Source: Laetmonice hystrix (taxonomy: Eukaryota). From it: a DNA stretch of 60,000 nt. A program made the translations under genes and the position numbers. Location: NCBI GenBank assembly GCA_965235115.1, contig OZ249436.1:18974001-19034000 (forward strand), read 5' to 3'. Under the pieces are notes generated by a model that had not been told where the DNA came from, did not search any database, and saw nothing but the letters and a program-made list of their open reading frames with translations. Below are positions 38,501 to 50,900 of this stretch, one piece after another (the stretch's first letter is position 1; every line of letters starts with the position of its first letter).

Positions 38501-39116
38501 GCGCCAGTTTCGGCGTCTTTGACTGTGGCTTGACGACAGAAGCGCCACTCTGCGCATGATAATAAGGCACGTAGCGCGTCCTTGAAGCGCCACCCATAAC
38601 ACCAAACTGATTTTACGGTTCGCGGTGTGACCCTCCGTTTACAGTGTAGTTTGATCAGGAACAGGACGAGTTAGAATGTGCATATTGATACATACATCTG
38701 TGTAAATAAGAGGTTACCATGATTTGTGAAGAGTTCAGAGACAATTTTGCAGTATATATTGCATTGCGCATTTCCCCTGTTTCGTCTCTGTCTGACTTAC
38801 AAGAGCGTTATTAGGTGGAGCGCAATTATATTCAGCGACTTAACGCTTGGCAAGTAGCTGGACAAGTTGACAATAGCATAGTCTGTATCACGCCTCCATT
38901 TTTCCGTGAGCAAGTAGACTCTTATTCACATGAGAAGATATTCGGTTGCAGTCCAGAGGCCGATGTCTTTGCAGCATGGTATAGAATGATGCCATATTTA
39001 CAACGAGAACAAACTGGCTTGATAACAAGGCTTCATATGACCTCTTTCTCGGCAGGCAGTGCCAGCTCAGATCATCTCCATGTTACCGTCATTAGAACAC
39101 AGAGGAAAGGCTGGCA

Positions 39117-39569
39117 TTAGCTTTTGGGGAAGATAGTGCACAAGGATACGACAATGATTGCTAGGTACATGCAGAAGAATAGCCGATCGAGAACCAGCGC
39201 TACTATTCTCCACTCCATCATCACCTTGGCCACTGCGTCTTTTTCCTGTAGCCGCGTCATAAACGACCGCAGCGCCCTCTTGATCTCGCGCACCTCGGAC
39301 TCCATGGCGACGTTATGTAAAGGTGACCTATCAGGGGTTTGGTAACGCGCCTGTACCGGACTGTCACTGCGCTGGGTCATGGACGGTGGTTCCCACTTAT
39401 TGTATGGTAGTATCGGCGACTTTATTTTGCGCTGTTTCTCTTTGCTGTTTTTCCTCCGTGACGTGCAGTCGGTGATGATCGTGTGATGTTCCGCGGTTCG
39501 TCGCTCGGACTCTTTTTTGGGAAAATCTCCGCGCATGAATACCCAGCGGGCGAGGCCGTCTATTAACAC
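39117..39569 (-). CDS. nAChR block A terminal exon (intracellular loop, MA helix, M4)
   Basis: cacacag|GTG TTA ATA GAC; ends [32 protein letters not shown]. Confidence 0.9.
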   Translation of the reverse strand: MLIDGLARWVFMRGDFPKKESERRTAEHHTIITDCTSRRKNSKEKQRKIKSPILPYNKWEPPSMTQRSDSPVQARYQTPDRSPLHNVAMESEVREIKRALRSFMTRLQEKDAVAKVMMEWRIVALVLDRLFFCMYLAIIVVSLCTIFPKS

Positions 39570-42500
39570 CTGTGTGCAGAAAAGCCACATATGATATATA
39601 CGTCTCAACCCTCATCTACCATAGGCGTCGGAACCGGAGTGGTGTTAGGGGAGGGGGTACCCCCAGAAAATATCTCTACTATCACAGAAAAGGTCAAATC
39701 TTCCCGGGAAAATGGCCAAACGGCCGTATAGCCCCCCTTTAATGAAAATAATGATTTCCCATCCGTTCTACAGGGATTCTGACGCCCATGCTTAGACTAG
39801 AGGCATATATTCATAACTGCCATGCAGCTACTTCTAATGCGTGCATTCACGAGTGACCAGTTTAGTTTTAAGTTCCATATCACACCATTCACCAAGTGCA
39901 GCAGTCAGACTCGGGGGTCCTCAGGAACGGAACCACGCGAGACCTGGGCCCCGTTTTTAGTTCGTCATTTTACCAATTTTAAGACTGGAATTTTAAGACT
40001 GACTTGTGTTATGGTCTCTCATTATCTGACTTCATTTGAAGGACCAATCAGAAGCTCTAAAACAAGAGTTCAGCCTTAAGATTTGAATCTTAAGACTGAG
40101 TTTGCAAACTAAAAACCAGGGCCGGGGATTAATCTTTTTGTTTTTCCCACGATTGGAGCATATCTTGTACATAGACAAACATACATTGCGCAGTTTTTTA
40201 AATGTTTGGATTACTTCTTCAAAAAGTCTTGCCTTTAGATTCTCAGCTTAACTTAGCTTGCCCTCTTAGAACTCATGATACAAATGTGCTGGGGTGAGCC
40301 GAGTTGGAAGAAGCTAAGTTGAGCTGAGCCGCTGACCTAGGTCCTTGTAACAAAATAAATCTACATCCTCAGGATATTCTCGATAGGAAAGTGAACACAA
40401 AATTTCAAAAATAAAAAATGTCCCATATGAATCACCCTTCGTGGGATACCAAATCTACAATTGTTCTTCGAATACTACTCAATGGCCTCACAACCACACA
40501 CGATGTTCGATGACCTACTTATGTACCTCCCCGTGCGACATGCAGGAGTGTTTGAACCAAAAACCGCCACCAAAACCTCGATCTGAGAGAGACACTGCCG
40601 ACACCGGCACCTCCTGCGTCTCACCACCGACTGATGGAGGCAGAATCTCCGTACAAGCAATTAACCCGCGCGGAATCCAGTCAATCACTTGGCAAGTAAA
40701 ACAATGGTCGACAATAAAAAAAACGAATTCCGTTCGCTGGAGGGCGCCGTTTCCGTGGTATTGTCAAGGTACGTTTTTACCCAATGTAATTTTTCGATCA
40801 CAGGAATGTGATTAATGTATTGTAACGGTTCGCATCGAGCCACAGATAACAATGTCACAATGGAAATAAGAAATACATTAATCGACAGATATGGAATTGA
40901 AGGCAGGAAGCAGGAAACACGACAATATTCTCAATAACAATCTAATGCCTTCCGTGAGAGAAGAACAAAAGCAAAGGACGGTGATGGCGGAAAGTGACAT
41001 TGCCATTCAGAATACTTCATTTTCCTAATGACAAAAGCTGTGGAGAAGTTATCAAGAAACATTGGTCCCAGTCGGAAGCAGTGTATACACGTCAGATCAG
41101 GAGGCCACGAAGTTTATTGGCTGGAAGCGACATTAACAGTGACCTAGAACTCGACTTTCCGTTCAAGCGTTAGCCGAGCAGGCCCCACATTCCCAGAGAT
41201 AGAGGATCTTTGCCAGGGTGGAAGGCAGAGGACATCGCCGTGCAGATTTCCATTTGCTGTATCACCAGCGCAGAAGAAGCAGCCGCGGGGTTAGAACAAC
41301 CACGTCACCAAGGGTGTTATGACAGGAAGTCAGCACAGGGGGCAGAGATGCGGGGGGAACGCGTCTGCACACGTAGGACGCCAGCCAAGTCAAAGACAAA
41401 ATCACACCCTACCCTTTTCATCCACCAAGGTACCCGATTTCGTCTGTCACCTCGGATATAAATGTTGATGACTATTACGGCGAGGAAAGTAGAAAGGGTG
41501 ATGAGCATCATAATGATACAAAAATAGGCTCCTGAAAACAAAACAGAAACACACCAACTATGTACCATACCCATGGTTACAGTATACGAAACTAACGGTC
41601 CGCACATCATAGGACTGCGATCAACAGCTGCGTAGCGAGGGTTGGTGGTGTCCCAAGTCAAGGGTCGAGAATGAAAATCCCTTTAGTATGGTGGCCCAGA
41701 AGTGCAAAGTGTTGTACTTCACAAACAATTTAAAATTCCTTCGCTTTACACTGAAATTCCTTCGCTTCACACTCCAATTCCTTCGTTTCACATTGAAATT
41801 CCTTGTCCTTTCAGACAATTCCTTGGCTTCACAGTAGAATACCTGGCCTTGACGCTGACATTTCTGTTCTTCACAGGCAATTCGCTGCCTTCTCAGACAG
41901 TTCCTTCGCTGCGAAGGCAAGGAATTAACTGAGAAGGCCAGAAATTTCAGTGTGAAGGCCAGGAATTCCACTGTGAAGGCCAGGAATTCCACTGTGAAGC
42001 GACGTAATTGTGTGTGAAGACAAGAAATTTCTTTGTGAACCACAGAAATTGTCTGTGAAGTACAGCAGTTTGTACTTCTGGGCCACTGTACATTCGAGAA
42101 TGAGCGCGCCCCCTGAATAAAATGAGTAGAGAGACTGTCTTTTTATCAAAAATATATCGGTAAAACAAAATGGTGGCCAGGGTACGGGTCCCCTTAATCC
42201 CTTGCTACGCCACTGTCAACTAGAGCGCTGGTCTTGACACAAAATGACGACAGTCTGGACTTCAACCCAGGATCATGGTATTTTTGTAACGGGAGTTGTG
42301 GGATTGTAAGGTACCGTTTGGAACAAGGTAATTGTGTGACGTCATTTAATGTCGCGACCAAGAGCTCAGCCCGCTCTCAGTATCCAGGTGGTCGTGCGGT
42401 CTATGGCACCATACCCTTTTCATCAAAAATGGCACTCTAGTCCTCTTGTCACCCCGGAAGTATAAGTTGATCACAATGACGGACAGGAAGGTAGATAGAG

Positions 42501-45500
42501 TGATGAGCACCATATTGAGGCCAAAGTAGGCGCCTGAAATGATAACACGAGCAGAAAAAAACATGATCTTTGTTCGATATCAATATTCAACTCGTTTTTG
42601 TCTCATCTGTTGGTAAGGGTAGATGCGCGCGCAGAAAGCCAGTACAATGTATTACATAGGCCTAATATATCCGGAGAGTCCGGCATGGTACTACCCATCG
42701 GCCCCACGAGAGGTCAAATTTGAAACATTAAAGGAAAAAACAAAACGGAAAATAATAATAATAATTGAGTAATGATACACTCTGTTGGATAGTATGATCT
42801 CTGTTGCAGTTTGGATAGTACGATCTTTGTAGTTTACAAGAATTGTTTGACAATGATAATAGGTATTTTGGAAGAGGACTTACTCCCTACCAACGTTTTG
42901 GGCACGGCCAATTTACATAAGAGTTTTGAACTTCAAAGTTGCAATTCACGTCTACTACATTTTGTACTTTATATCATTAATACAATTTTATATATTTTAA
43001 GATAACACTTGGCGACATCTTTGACGACACTGCCATTTCCCTGCAAGACTCAAGAATAAGTTTATATCCACACCCATAAGTACTCCTCAAATACTTGGAA
43101 ATGAAAAACATAATTCGACATAATTATTAGTGCAGTACTTAGTTAAGGAACTCCCAGTTACTGAAGAAGTACAAGACCAACCTTTATTTAGCATCTTTAG
43201 TCTACGATATGGACTAGGACAACGTAGCATTAGATAGACGTACATAACTTACCTATAAAAGGGACAGATGGTAACGTAGATAACTTACCTATAAGGGAGA
43301 CAGATGATAACGTAGAAGGGGACAGATGATAACATAGATAACTTACCTATAAGGGGGACAGATGGTAACGTAGAAGGGGACAGATGATAACGTAGATAAC
43401 TTACCTATAAGGGGGACCGATGATAACGTAGATAACTTACCTATAAGGGGGACAGATGATAACGTAGATAACTTACCTATAAGGGGGACAGATGATAACG
43501 TAGAAGGGGATAGATGATAACGTAGATAACTTACCTATAAGGGAGACAGATGATAACGTAGAAGGGGACAGATGATAACATAGATAACTTACCTATAAGG
43601 GGGACAGATGGTAACGTAGAAGGGGACAGATGATAACGTAGATCACTTACCTATAAGGGGGACCGATGATAACGTAGATAACTTACCTATAAGGGGGACC
43701 GATGATAACGTAGATAACTTACCTATAAGGGGGACCGATGATAACGTAGATAACTTACCTATAAGGGGGACCGATAATAACGTAGATAACTTACCTATAA
43801 GGGGGACAGATGATAACGTAGAAGGGGACAGATGATAACGTAGATCACTTACCTATAAGGGGATAGATGATAACGTAGATCACTTACCTATAAGGGGACA
43901 GATGATAACGTAGATAACTTACCTATAAGGAGGACCAATGATAACGTAGATAACTTACTTATAAAGAGATAGATGATAACGTAGAGAACTTACCTATAAG
44001 GGGGACAGATGATAACGTAGATAACTTACCTATAAGGGGGACAGATGAGGATGCGGGAGGCGTAGAATCAGATAGGATCCGCAGTAGCAAGAAAAATGCT
44101 ACAAATATGTTCATTCCTATGGAGAGATAACAAGACAACAAATACGATTTAAAAGGGAACTTCTGATTTATCCTCGATGATGAAAAGATGAAACTGACTA
44201 ATATATATGGAAATGCAGTGGGGATCCAGGATTTTGCACTCTCCGGACAGAGATCGTTCACTTCATTCAATCTCTGCCACACATTGGGTACATACTCTAG
44301 TATACAGTGACTGTTTGCGGGGCGAAAACCATCACTGTAAGATACGCCCTCTTCACGGACCCGAGATGGGTCTAGATCATTGCGCAGAGCGTTGTGCGGT
44401 GTATCCCGCTGCACGGACAACATGCATGATTCTGAGTGTGTTTATGACATTTTCTCAATTACCCTTCTGATGACATTCGAGTAATTATTCCATTACCGAT
44501 ATCGATGTCCCCATCCATTACTGTGTATAGCTAAAGGCACCCGTGACGGGCAGCCAACCAGCACGGACTGTTTGAACACCCGGATTATATTTAAGCTCAT
44601 TCATGAATACATTCGGTGATCTACTCTGACACTTCACAGAGGATATAATTATTTCGGCGCAGAAATTCGACATCGTGGATTTTTTTTTATTCCCGCAGGA
44701 TGATGAACGCTAGAGAAACGCTGAGCGAACGCCGGGTCGGCACGCATCAAAGAGAATGCGTGGACGAGGGACACTCACCAAGGATCATCTTGGCGGACGA
44801 CTCGGGAGGCAGCCAGAAGATGACGAGAGTGATGGACGAAAGCAGGACACAGGGAAGGATCAGAATGTAACTGTAGAAGGCACCCATACGTTTGACCTTG
44901 AGCGTGAAGGTCAGATCTATGTAGGGTTCCTCGCAGCAGGGGTATCGCTTTTCGTTGCGGATAGCTGGGTGTTCGACCAGAACCCACTCATTACTCTCGA
45001 TGTAATCATTGACGTCTACTTCGTCCAAGTTGTCGTAGAATACAAGATCAAGTTTATGGCCGTCGTAAGTCCAGGACCCGAACTTCATGTGACAGGTCTG
45101 CTCATCAAACGGGAAGTGAGTGATGTCGATGGCACAGGTACTCTTGTATATCCCCATGGGGATCCACAGGACCTGCCCATCACGGCTGACGACGGCCAGG
45201 GCTTCTCTCTGCTCCGTCAGGCGGACGTCGGCACTGATACACAGCAAACGGTGATGTCAGCACGGATACACAGCAAACAATGACGTCGGCACTGATACAC
45301 AGCAAACGGTGATGTCAGCACGGATACACAGCAAACAATGACGTGGGCACTGATACACAGCAAACGGTGATGTCAGCACGGATACACAGCAAACAATGAC
45401 GTTGGAACTGATATACAGCAAAGAATGGTGCCATTACTGACCCACGGAGCAAACAATGACGTCAGTACTGACACACAGCGTTAACAATGACGTCAGCACG

Positions 45501-45897
45501 GACACACAGCAAACGATTACGTCAGCATTGAACACAAATAATAATGTTACAATGACGTCAGCACGACTTCCAAATCAAACATCCAAGACAACCTAAAAAA
45601 AAACGATTGAAAACTTGTAGAAACATTAGTTCCTTGGATGGTAGAAAGATGTTCAATTATCGGCCAAATCACCACCCAAAACATTCATCTGAATTAACTG
45701 CAGTCCAGTGGACGATAAACTCGGACAAAGTGTTTGTAATTCGTCTGATGAACATATTTGTGCGCCTGGAAGGCGCGGCTGACTTACTAGTTATACAGGA
45801 CGATGTCGGGGGTCCAAATCTTCTCAGACGGCACTCTCACGTGGTCCACCCCACCGAAATCTTCCGGGTTCCATCTGAGGAGAATGTCGTTCCACGT
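39117..45897 (-). CDS. Nicotinic acetylcholine receptor alpha subunit, anion-selective type, block A (no own exons 1-3 found)
   Basis: Exons 45897-45788 ([14 protein letters not shown]), 45233-44779 (Cys loop, [10 protein letters not shown]1, PESSAK), M2 44116-44030, M3 42533-42415 or 41531-41413, last exon 39569-39117. Internal exon sizes (110, 455, 87, 119 nt) match block B and there are no stops. Confidence 0.9.
39946..40123. mobile_element. Harbinger-like MITE
   Basis: ggccccgtttttagtt / aactaaaaaccagggcc with internal ttaagact motifs. Confidence 0.55.
41413..41531 (-). CDS. nAChR block A alternative M3 exon b
   Basis: tttcag|GA GCC TAT..AAA AGG|gtaggg; encodes [40 protein letters not shown], 119 nt. 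Confidence 0.86.
41689..42088. mobile_element. TA-target MITE between the two M3 exons
   Basis: ta|tggtggcccagaagtgcaaa..gtacttcaca / tgtgaagtac..tttgtacttctgggccactg|ta; internal 21-bp repeats in both orientations. Confidence 0.8.
42415..42533 (-). CDS. nAChR block A alternative M3 exon a
   Basis: tttcag|GC GCC TAC..AAA AGG|gtatgg; encodes [40 protein letters not shown], 119 nt. Confidence 0.87.
43245..44048. repeat. 36-bp (with 22-bp sub-unit) minisatellite containing the block A M2 splice donor
   Basis: About 19 copies of aacttacctataagggggacagatgataacgtagat. Confidence 0.95.
44030..44116 (-). CDS. nAChR block A M2 exon
   Basis: ccatag|GA ATG AAC..CTT ATA G|gtaagt; encodes [30 protein letters not shown]. 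Confidence 0.88.
44779..45233 (-). CDS. nAChR block A Cys-loop/loop C/M1 exon
   Basis: Within ORF 44747-45247; acceptor tatcag|T GCC GAC, donor CTT G|gtgagt. Confidence 0.92.
45224..45565. repeat. 29/58-bp minisatellite containing a block A splice acceptor
   Basis: Units gacgtcggcactgatacacagcaaac.., degenerating away from the exon. Confidence 0.88.
45788..45897 (-). CDS. nAChR block A 110-nt ligand-binding-domain exon
   Basis: ttgtag|ACG TGG AAC GAC..AAC TA|gtaagt; 4 amino-acid differences in 36 versus the block B exon, with many synonymous changes. Confidence 0.88.
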
Positions 45898-47354
45898 CTA
45901 CAAATATACACACCACAGGTTTCCATCCGGGTTCTTTGGATTCACACCCATTCACACTGGGCCCCTGGCAGGATCCACTTAGTGGGTTGGTGGGGCGGGG
46001 GATACTTCTACCAGAGGACCATCCTCAGCTCAATTTTGTAATCAAAGTTTATTGTAACTTGGCCCTGGCTGTTGCTGGGAGGTGAAACTCCATTGCAAGT
46101 TGCGGAGAGGTCCTTTTCTTGGGCATCTAGCCGAACTTGAATAAAACCCTGACATCGCGTCGAGTTATGGTTGTAATATTATTTTATTCATTATTATGAA
46201 TTCATCAAGTTATACATATTAGGCTCTTGTTTTACTCGTATTCAATTGCATGTCATAGTTTGATGATGATCAATATTGATATGATTCATGATTGATCAAT
46301 ATTGATATGTTTCACTCAGTATTTTTGGGGGTAATGTACATGTAGGCCTAGGTAGCAAGACTAGTAAATTGTACTTTGTTTTCCATGTTTATTCAAGTGT
46401 GGGAGTGTATAGCATGCGTAAATAAAACTGTTGACCGCGCGGAGCGAGAAAATTTTTTGGTCTTTTAATTTTTTTAGCAGTTTCGGGCAGATTTGTTTAT
46501 AAATCTACTGGCTGTCAACAATCTATTTTTTTCACACACATTGCTAAACAAAGTATTTTTTTCACAAACATCTGGGAGCAAACAATTTTTTTGGGTCAAC
46601 TTGGCAAACAAACTATTTTTTCTACAAAAAAAAACCATACCCCCCAGCTATTAAATGGTCTGCCCCTAATCATAATCGGACTTCATTCAAATTTTACATA
46701 AAGATTCATGCTTCTTTGTAAAATTATAAAAAATATATCAAGAATTTATTGCAATAACTTTAAAGACTGTGAATACGGTCTGCATCTAATGTTAATTGAC
46801 TCCTGTTGAACCCGAAAGAATGCGGTACTTTCCACAGAATTGTGGTGTCACCTATATCTTTCGAAACACAAAGATTAATTTTGAGGTGGCAGAAAATCAA
46901 ATAACTCGATCTGGAGTCCTGGGCCGGTTTTACTAAAGGTCGATAATAACGCCGTCGATAATTTAACATAGAAGTGAATGGTTGCTAGGTCGTTATTTTA
47001 GACGTTAAATGTTAAATTATCGACGTCGTTATTTTCGACTCTTGATGACGGCAGGGCGTCGCTTGATGAGTCTGTTTTTTTTGGTCCCTCGCTGGTCGGA
47101 CCTTCCGTCGTTCGTTATGAAACATCCCCCAATCACAGCTGCCTCTAACATCTTTAGGCCAATAGTGACTCGAGTGCCGAATTCCAAAACATATATCACT
47201 GATACCTTACAATGTCTTATTTTAAATTAAATCAACAAGAAGACAATTTTTACTCAAATATTTACTCCTCTTTATTGAGCAATGACTTACAGCGGTAATA
47301 TATAAAGGTACATACAAAAGCCGGGCGCCCAGGTACACTCTGATATAGGTCTTC

Positions 47355-47900
47355 TGGCCTGGTACAGGTACTTTGTCCGGCCTGGTACAAGTACTTTGTC
47401 CGGCCTGGTACAAGTACTTTGTCCGGCCTGGTACAGGTACTTTGCCTGGCTGGGTACAGGTATTTTGCCTGGCCGGGTACTGGTACTTTCTCCGCTCTCG
47501 TACCGGAACTTCCGGGTACGCATGCCTTCAGCAGTCAGTGACGCATTCTGGGAGTGGGTTGAGGATTTGCCCACCAGCATCGACATGGTTGACTGGTCAT
47601 TGGCCGGCATCTATGACATGGTTGACTGTTCATTGCCTAGTAACCATGCTATGGTTGACTGGGTATTGGCCGGCAGCCATAACATGGTTGACTGTTCATT
47701 ACCCAGTAACCATGCTATGGTTGACTGGTCATTGGCCGGCAGCCATGACATGGTTGACTGGTCATTGCCCGGTGGCCATGACATGGTTGACTGGTCATTG
47801 CCCGGTGGCCATGACATGGTTGACTGGTCATTGCCCAGTGGCTACGCCATGGTTGACTGTCATTGTCCTGTAACCATGCCATGGTTGACTGGCCATTGCA
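47355..47900. repeat. Two adjacent minisatellites (23 bp and 33 bp)
   Basis: cctggtacaagtactttgtccgg about 6 times (47355-47490); catgacatggttgactggtcattgcccggtggc about 10 times (47580-47900). Confidence 0.9.
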
Positions 47901-50900
47901 TCGACTGATCAATACAAATGAGCTTTACACCCACAAATCTATTGCTGGTGCTCAGGTGATATGTATCCTAGAATTATCAGTTTTAGGAACCCATCCTTGT
48001 GGTTAACATCGACGGTTCATGTTAGAACGAGAAATCTACAGGTTTGAATGTTGGCAGGGGGACATTCCTTTTACACAGGATGCGATACAAATGACACCAT
48101 GTATTTATAAGCCCACCTTGCACGGTATTCATGAGTCATCAATAGCAAACCTAAAACGCAATAAAGACAGGCCCAATGTCATCGCAATTGCTCATTACTG
48201 CCAAAGATAGTACACACATGTAGTGTACTAACGGGGAGGGAGGTTCCGGATGGTTAAACCAACAACCCAAGAACCTTGGCCTACGCTGGTACATGGGCTT
48301 CCAGGATAGCAAACTGATCCGCTGAGCAATGCTTTGATTTACGTTGCAATGCATTGATCCAATGAACAATGTTTTGATCCACATAGCAATGCCACTTATC
48401 AATGCCACAGATGAGGATAGAGGAACCTCTATTTCAGCCTTTTTTTCTTCCTTTTTGTAGACATGAATTATCATGAATTAGCTTCAAATGTATAGGCCTC
48501 CACTAATCTTTCTTTATACATCAAGTCCAATGATCATCCTGTAATCTGTTCTGTATGAGTGTGGTATATAATTATTAGGGAAGACCAAATTATTCACGTA
48601 ATGAAAAACTGCGAGGGTTACATATCCCAACTGTACGGGCATCTTTGGACGATATACACACATTACAAACCCGCTAGGGACTATTTTTGTGTATCTCCCA
48701 ATGGTGTGCTTACAATTCCAAGGCTAGAAATTGGTCTAACAGAAAGGTTGGAATAGAAGAGGTAGGCCTACGCGCCAATTTGGACAACATCACGACATAG
48801 ATTTGCATCGCAGCAAGGGATCCTCTATTTTAATTAAAGAATCTGTTTGCAGTGTTATGACTCTTGGGTTGTATTTCTACAAAATGTGTGTTAATCGGCA
48901 CTGGTCATCTGTGAGGAGGGATACCGGATCGGGTGCGCATCACAGACTTTAAATATCGATGATTGTCAGCCAATCGGACGTCGACCCAAGATTGTGACGT
49001 CAGCCAGGCCCGACACTCGCCCACTGTGACGTCACACCGTTATCGTTCGCTTGACATGCATATATCAGGATCACATAGCATACATTAGGCCTATATCTAG
49101 TTATTACGCATGAGTTATATTGTTTCCGTCGTCTCTAATGTTACTTGTCTCACGTGATGATATCGGTTTCTTCGGGGGCACTATTAGTTGAGCCTAATTG
49201 GCTCACCTTTGAGTGACGTAACAATGGTGCATTTGACAAAGTAAAATCTCAGCTGTGTGGCTCTTCAAGTTCGGTCTGGAGGAGGGTGGCACTCCGGTTG
49301 TTGTGGCGGTCAGACCACAGCGACATCTGTCGTATAAACCCAGAGTTGTGTCACCGATGTGTTGACGGGGGAGGGGGTCCGAGCCGAACCCCACCTTGTC
49401 ACGTGATTACAAAGACGCCGAAGAAGTACCAGATCAAAGGATCACGACTTCTAAAAGACGACTATAGAAACAGGTGCGCCCGGAAGGAGAGAGATGTGCC
49501 CCGAAGGCTGGTAGCTTCAGCAGCAGCTGCTTTGTTAGTACGGTTGATACGAATAGTGCCCCTATGTGACATTGATAACCTCTCTCTATCTAAGGATGGG
49601 CCTGCTAATGATGGTCACGTGACCAGGCGCACAGGTGGGACGTAAGGTGAGAGACGCCAGTAAGGAGACGCTCCACCGGACAATGGGTGTGGGTCACAGA
49701 ACATCTCGAGGGAAGAGAACAGTGGGCGATTATGACCTCATTTGAAGGAGAGACGAACTGAAGACAAGGCGGAGGCCTATTGCTATTACTCGCACGTTCT
49801 GATTTTAAAACATACAGTTACCAAAGCCATGTTTCCACTGCTCGGGGAACAAACACTCAAATCTGGCATATTCTGGCCAGCTTTATAACCGATATATACA
49901 ATTTCTGGCGGTCATCACTAGTAATACTATTGGCAAATCCGATCTCCCAAACTAGGCCTATAGCTAATGTTTGAGAGTATAGGTTTGAATGGAATCGTTT
50001 AGGTTTTATGGAAGTCAGTTTTGATCTAGCGACGTTTATATTTGTTGTGCAGGAATGATCTGAAAAGGAGAGTTCACATATCAAAGCGGGCCGACCATGT
50101 GGACGCGCTTCAATACAAACTATCTTAACTATACGCCTCGCTTTGAACACGGCATACGGGTGAGGCCAGCCAATCAGATCACGTTTTACTAGTGGCATCT
50201 GACTGGCTGCGTAGTTTTAACGTTTTACGAAGCGACCCACAATAAACTTCACTCCTTGCTTCCGCTGTAGATCTATGCTCACTGCAGAGGTGTTGCCATG
50301 GTAACCAGTCCAAATGACTGGTCGTCTTGGTGACTGGTTCTTATGTACAGGTTGGCGACGACTGGAGGTGCAGTAGGCAATGTCTCAACGATCGGTCATC
50401 ATCATACTGCATAATAATAATATCAGAACTAACCAATTTTGACGATTAGTGTCGTGGCGCCTTAATGACGGCGACACGTGACCTAACATTCGGTAGGGTA
50501 TATAAAAAGGGGATGCTCACCCATACTGGCTGATTGAGATACGTACCAAACGTCGTTAGGTTTGTCAACGAATAATGCAACAAAGTTGACGTCCATTACT
50601 TGACCAACTCTACGACAGAACTCGGTGTCTGAACATCACCTCTACAGCAACAATAAAAACAGGCATGTAGACCTAGCAGGTTACAACATCTCGGCTCCGA
50701 ACTGTGAATACCTTTACCCGCTCTGTGAACTTGTATGTCAATGTTTCTGTATAAATTGAACTTCATAACATGTAGGCAATTGAATTAATCAACACATCAT
50801 CCTTATATACCATGACACGACCTTACGGCCACACCCTATACCCACTAGTAGATTGCCTTGTCTATTTGAAGTCGGATACACCTTCTTTTACTATGGAAAT

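Noticed and set aside
43245..44048. Regular repeat arrays resembling CRISPR (also at 10.5 kb and 7.9 kb)
   Set aside because: No unique spacers, no cas genes, eukaryotic intronic context.
44756..45283. 175-aa plus-strand ORF (similar cases at 9653-9973 and 57292-57576)
   Set aside because: Antisense shadows of real minus-strand exons.
47287..47912. Several overlapping ORFs as candidate missing 5' exons of block A
   Set aside because: Generated by 23- and 33-bp tandem repeats; no nAChR similarity.
50215..50360. Minus-strand HKNQSPRRPVIW as a possible nAChR exon 2/3 remnant
   Set aside because: Motif spacing is wrong, surrounding residues do not match and no suitable splice sites flank it.
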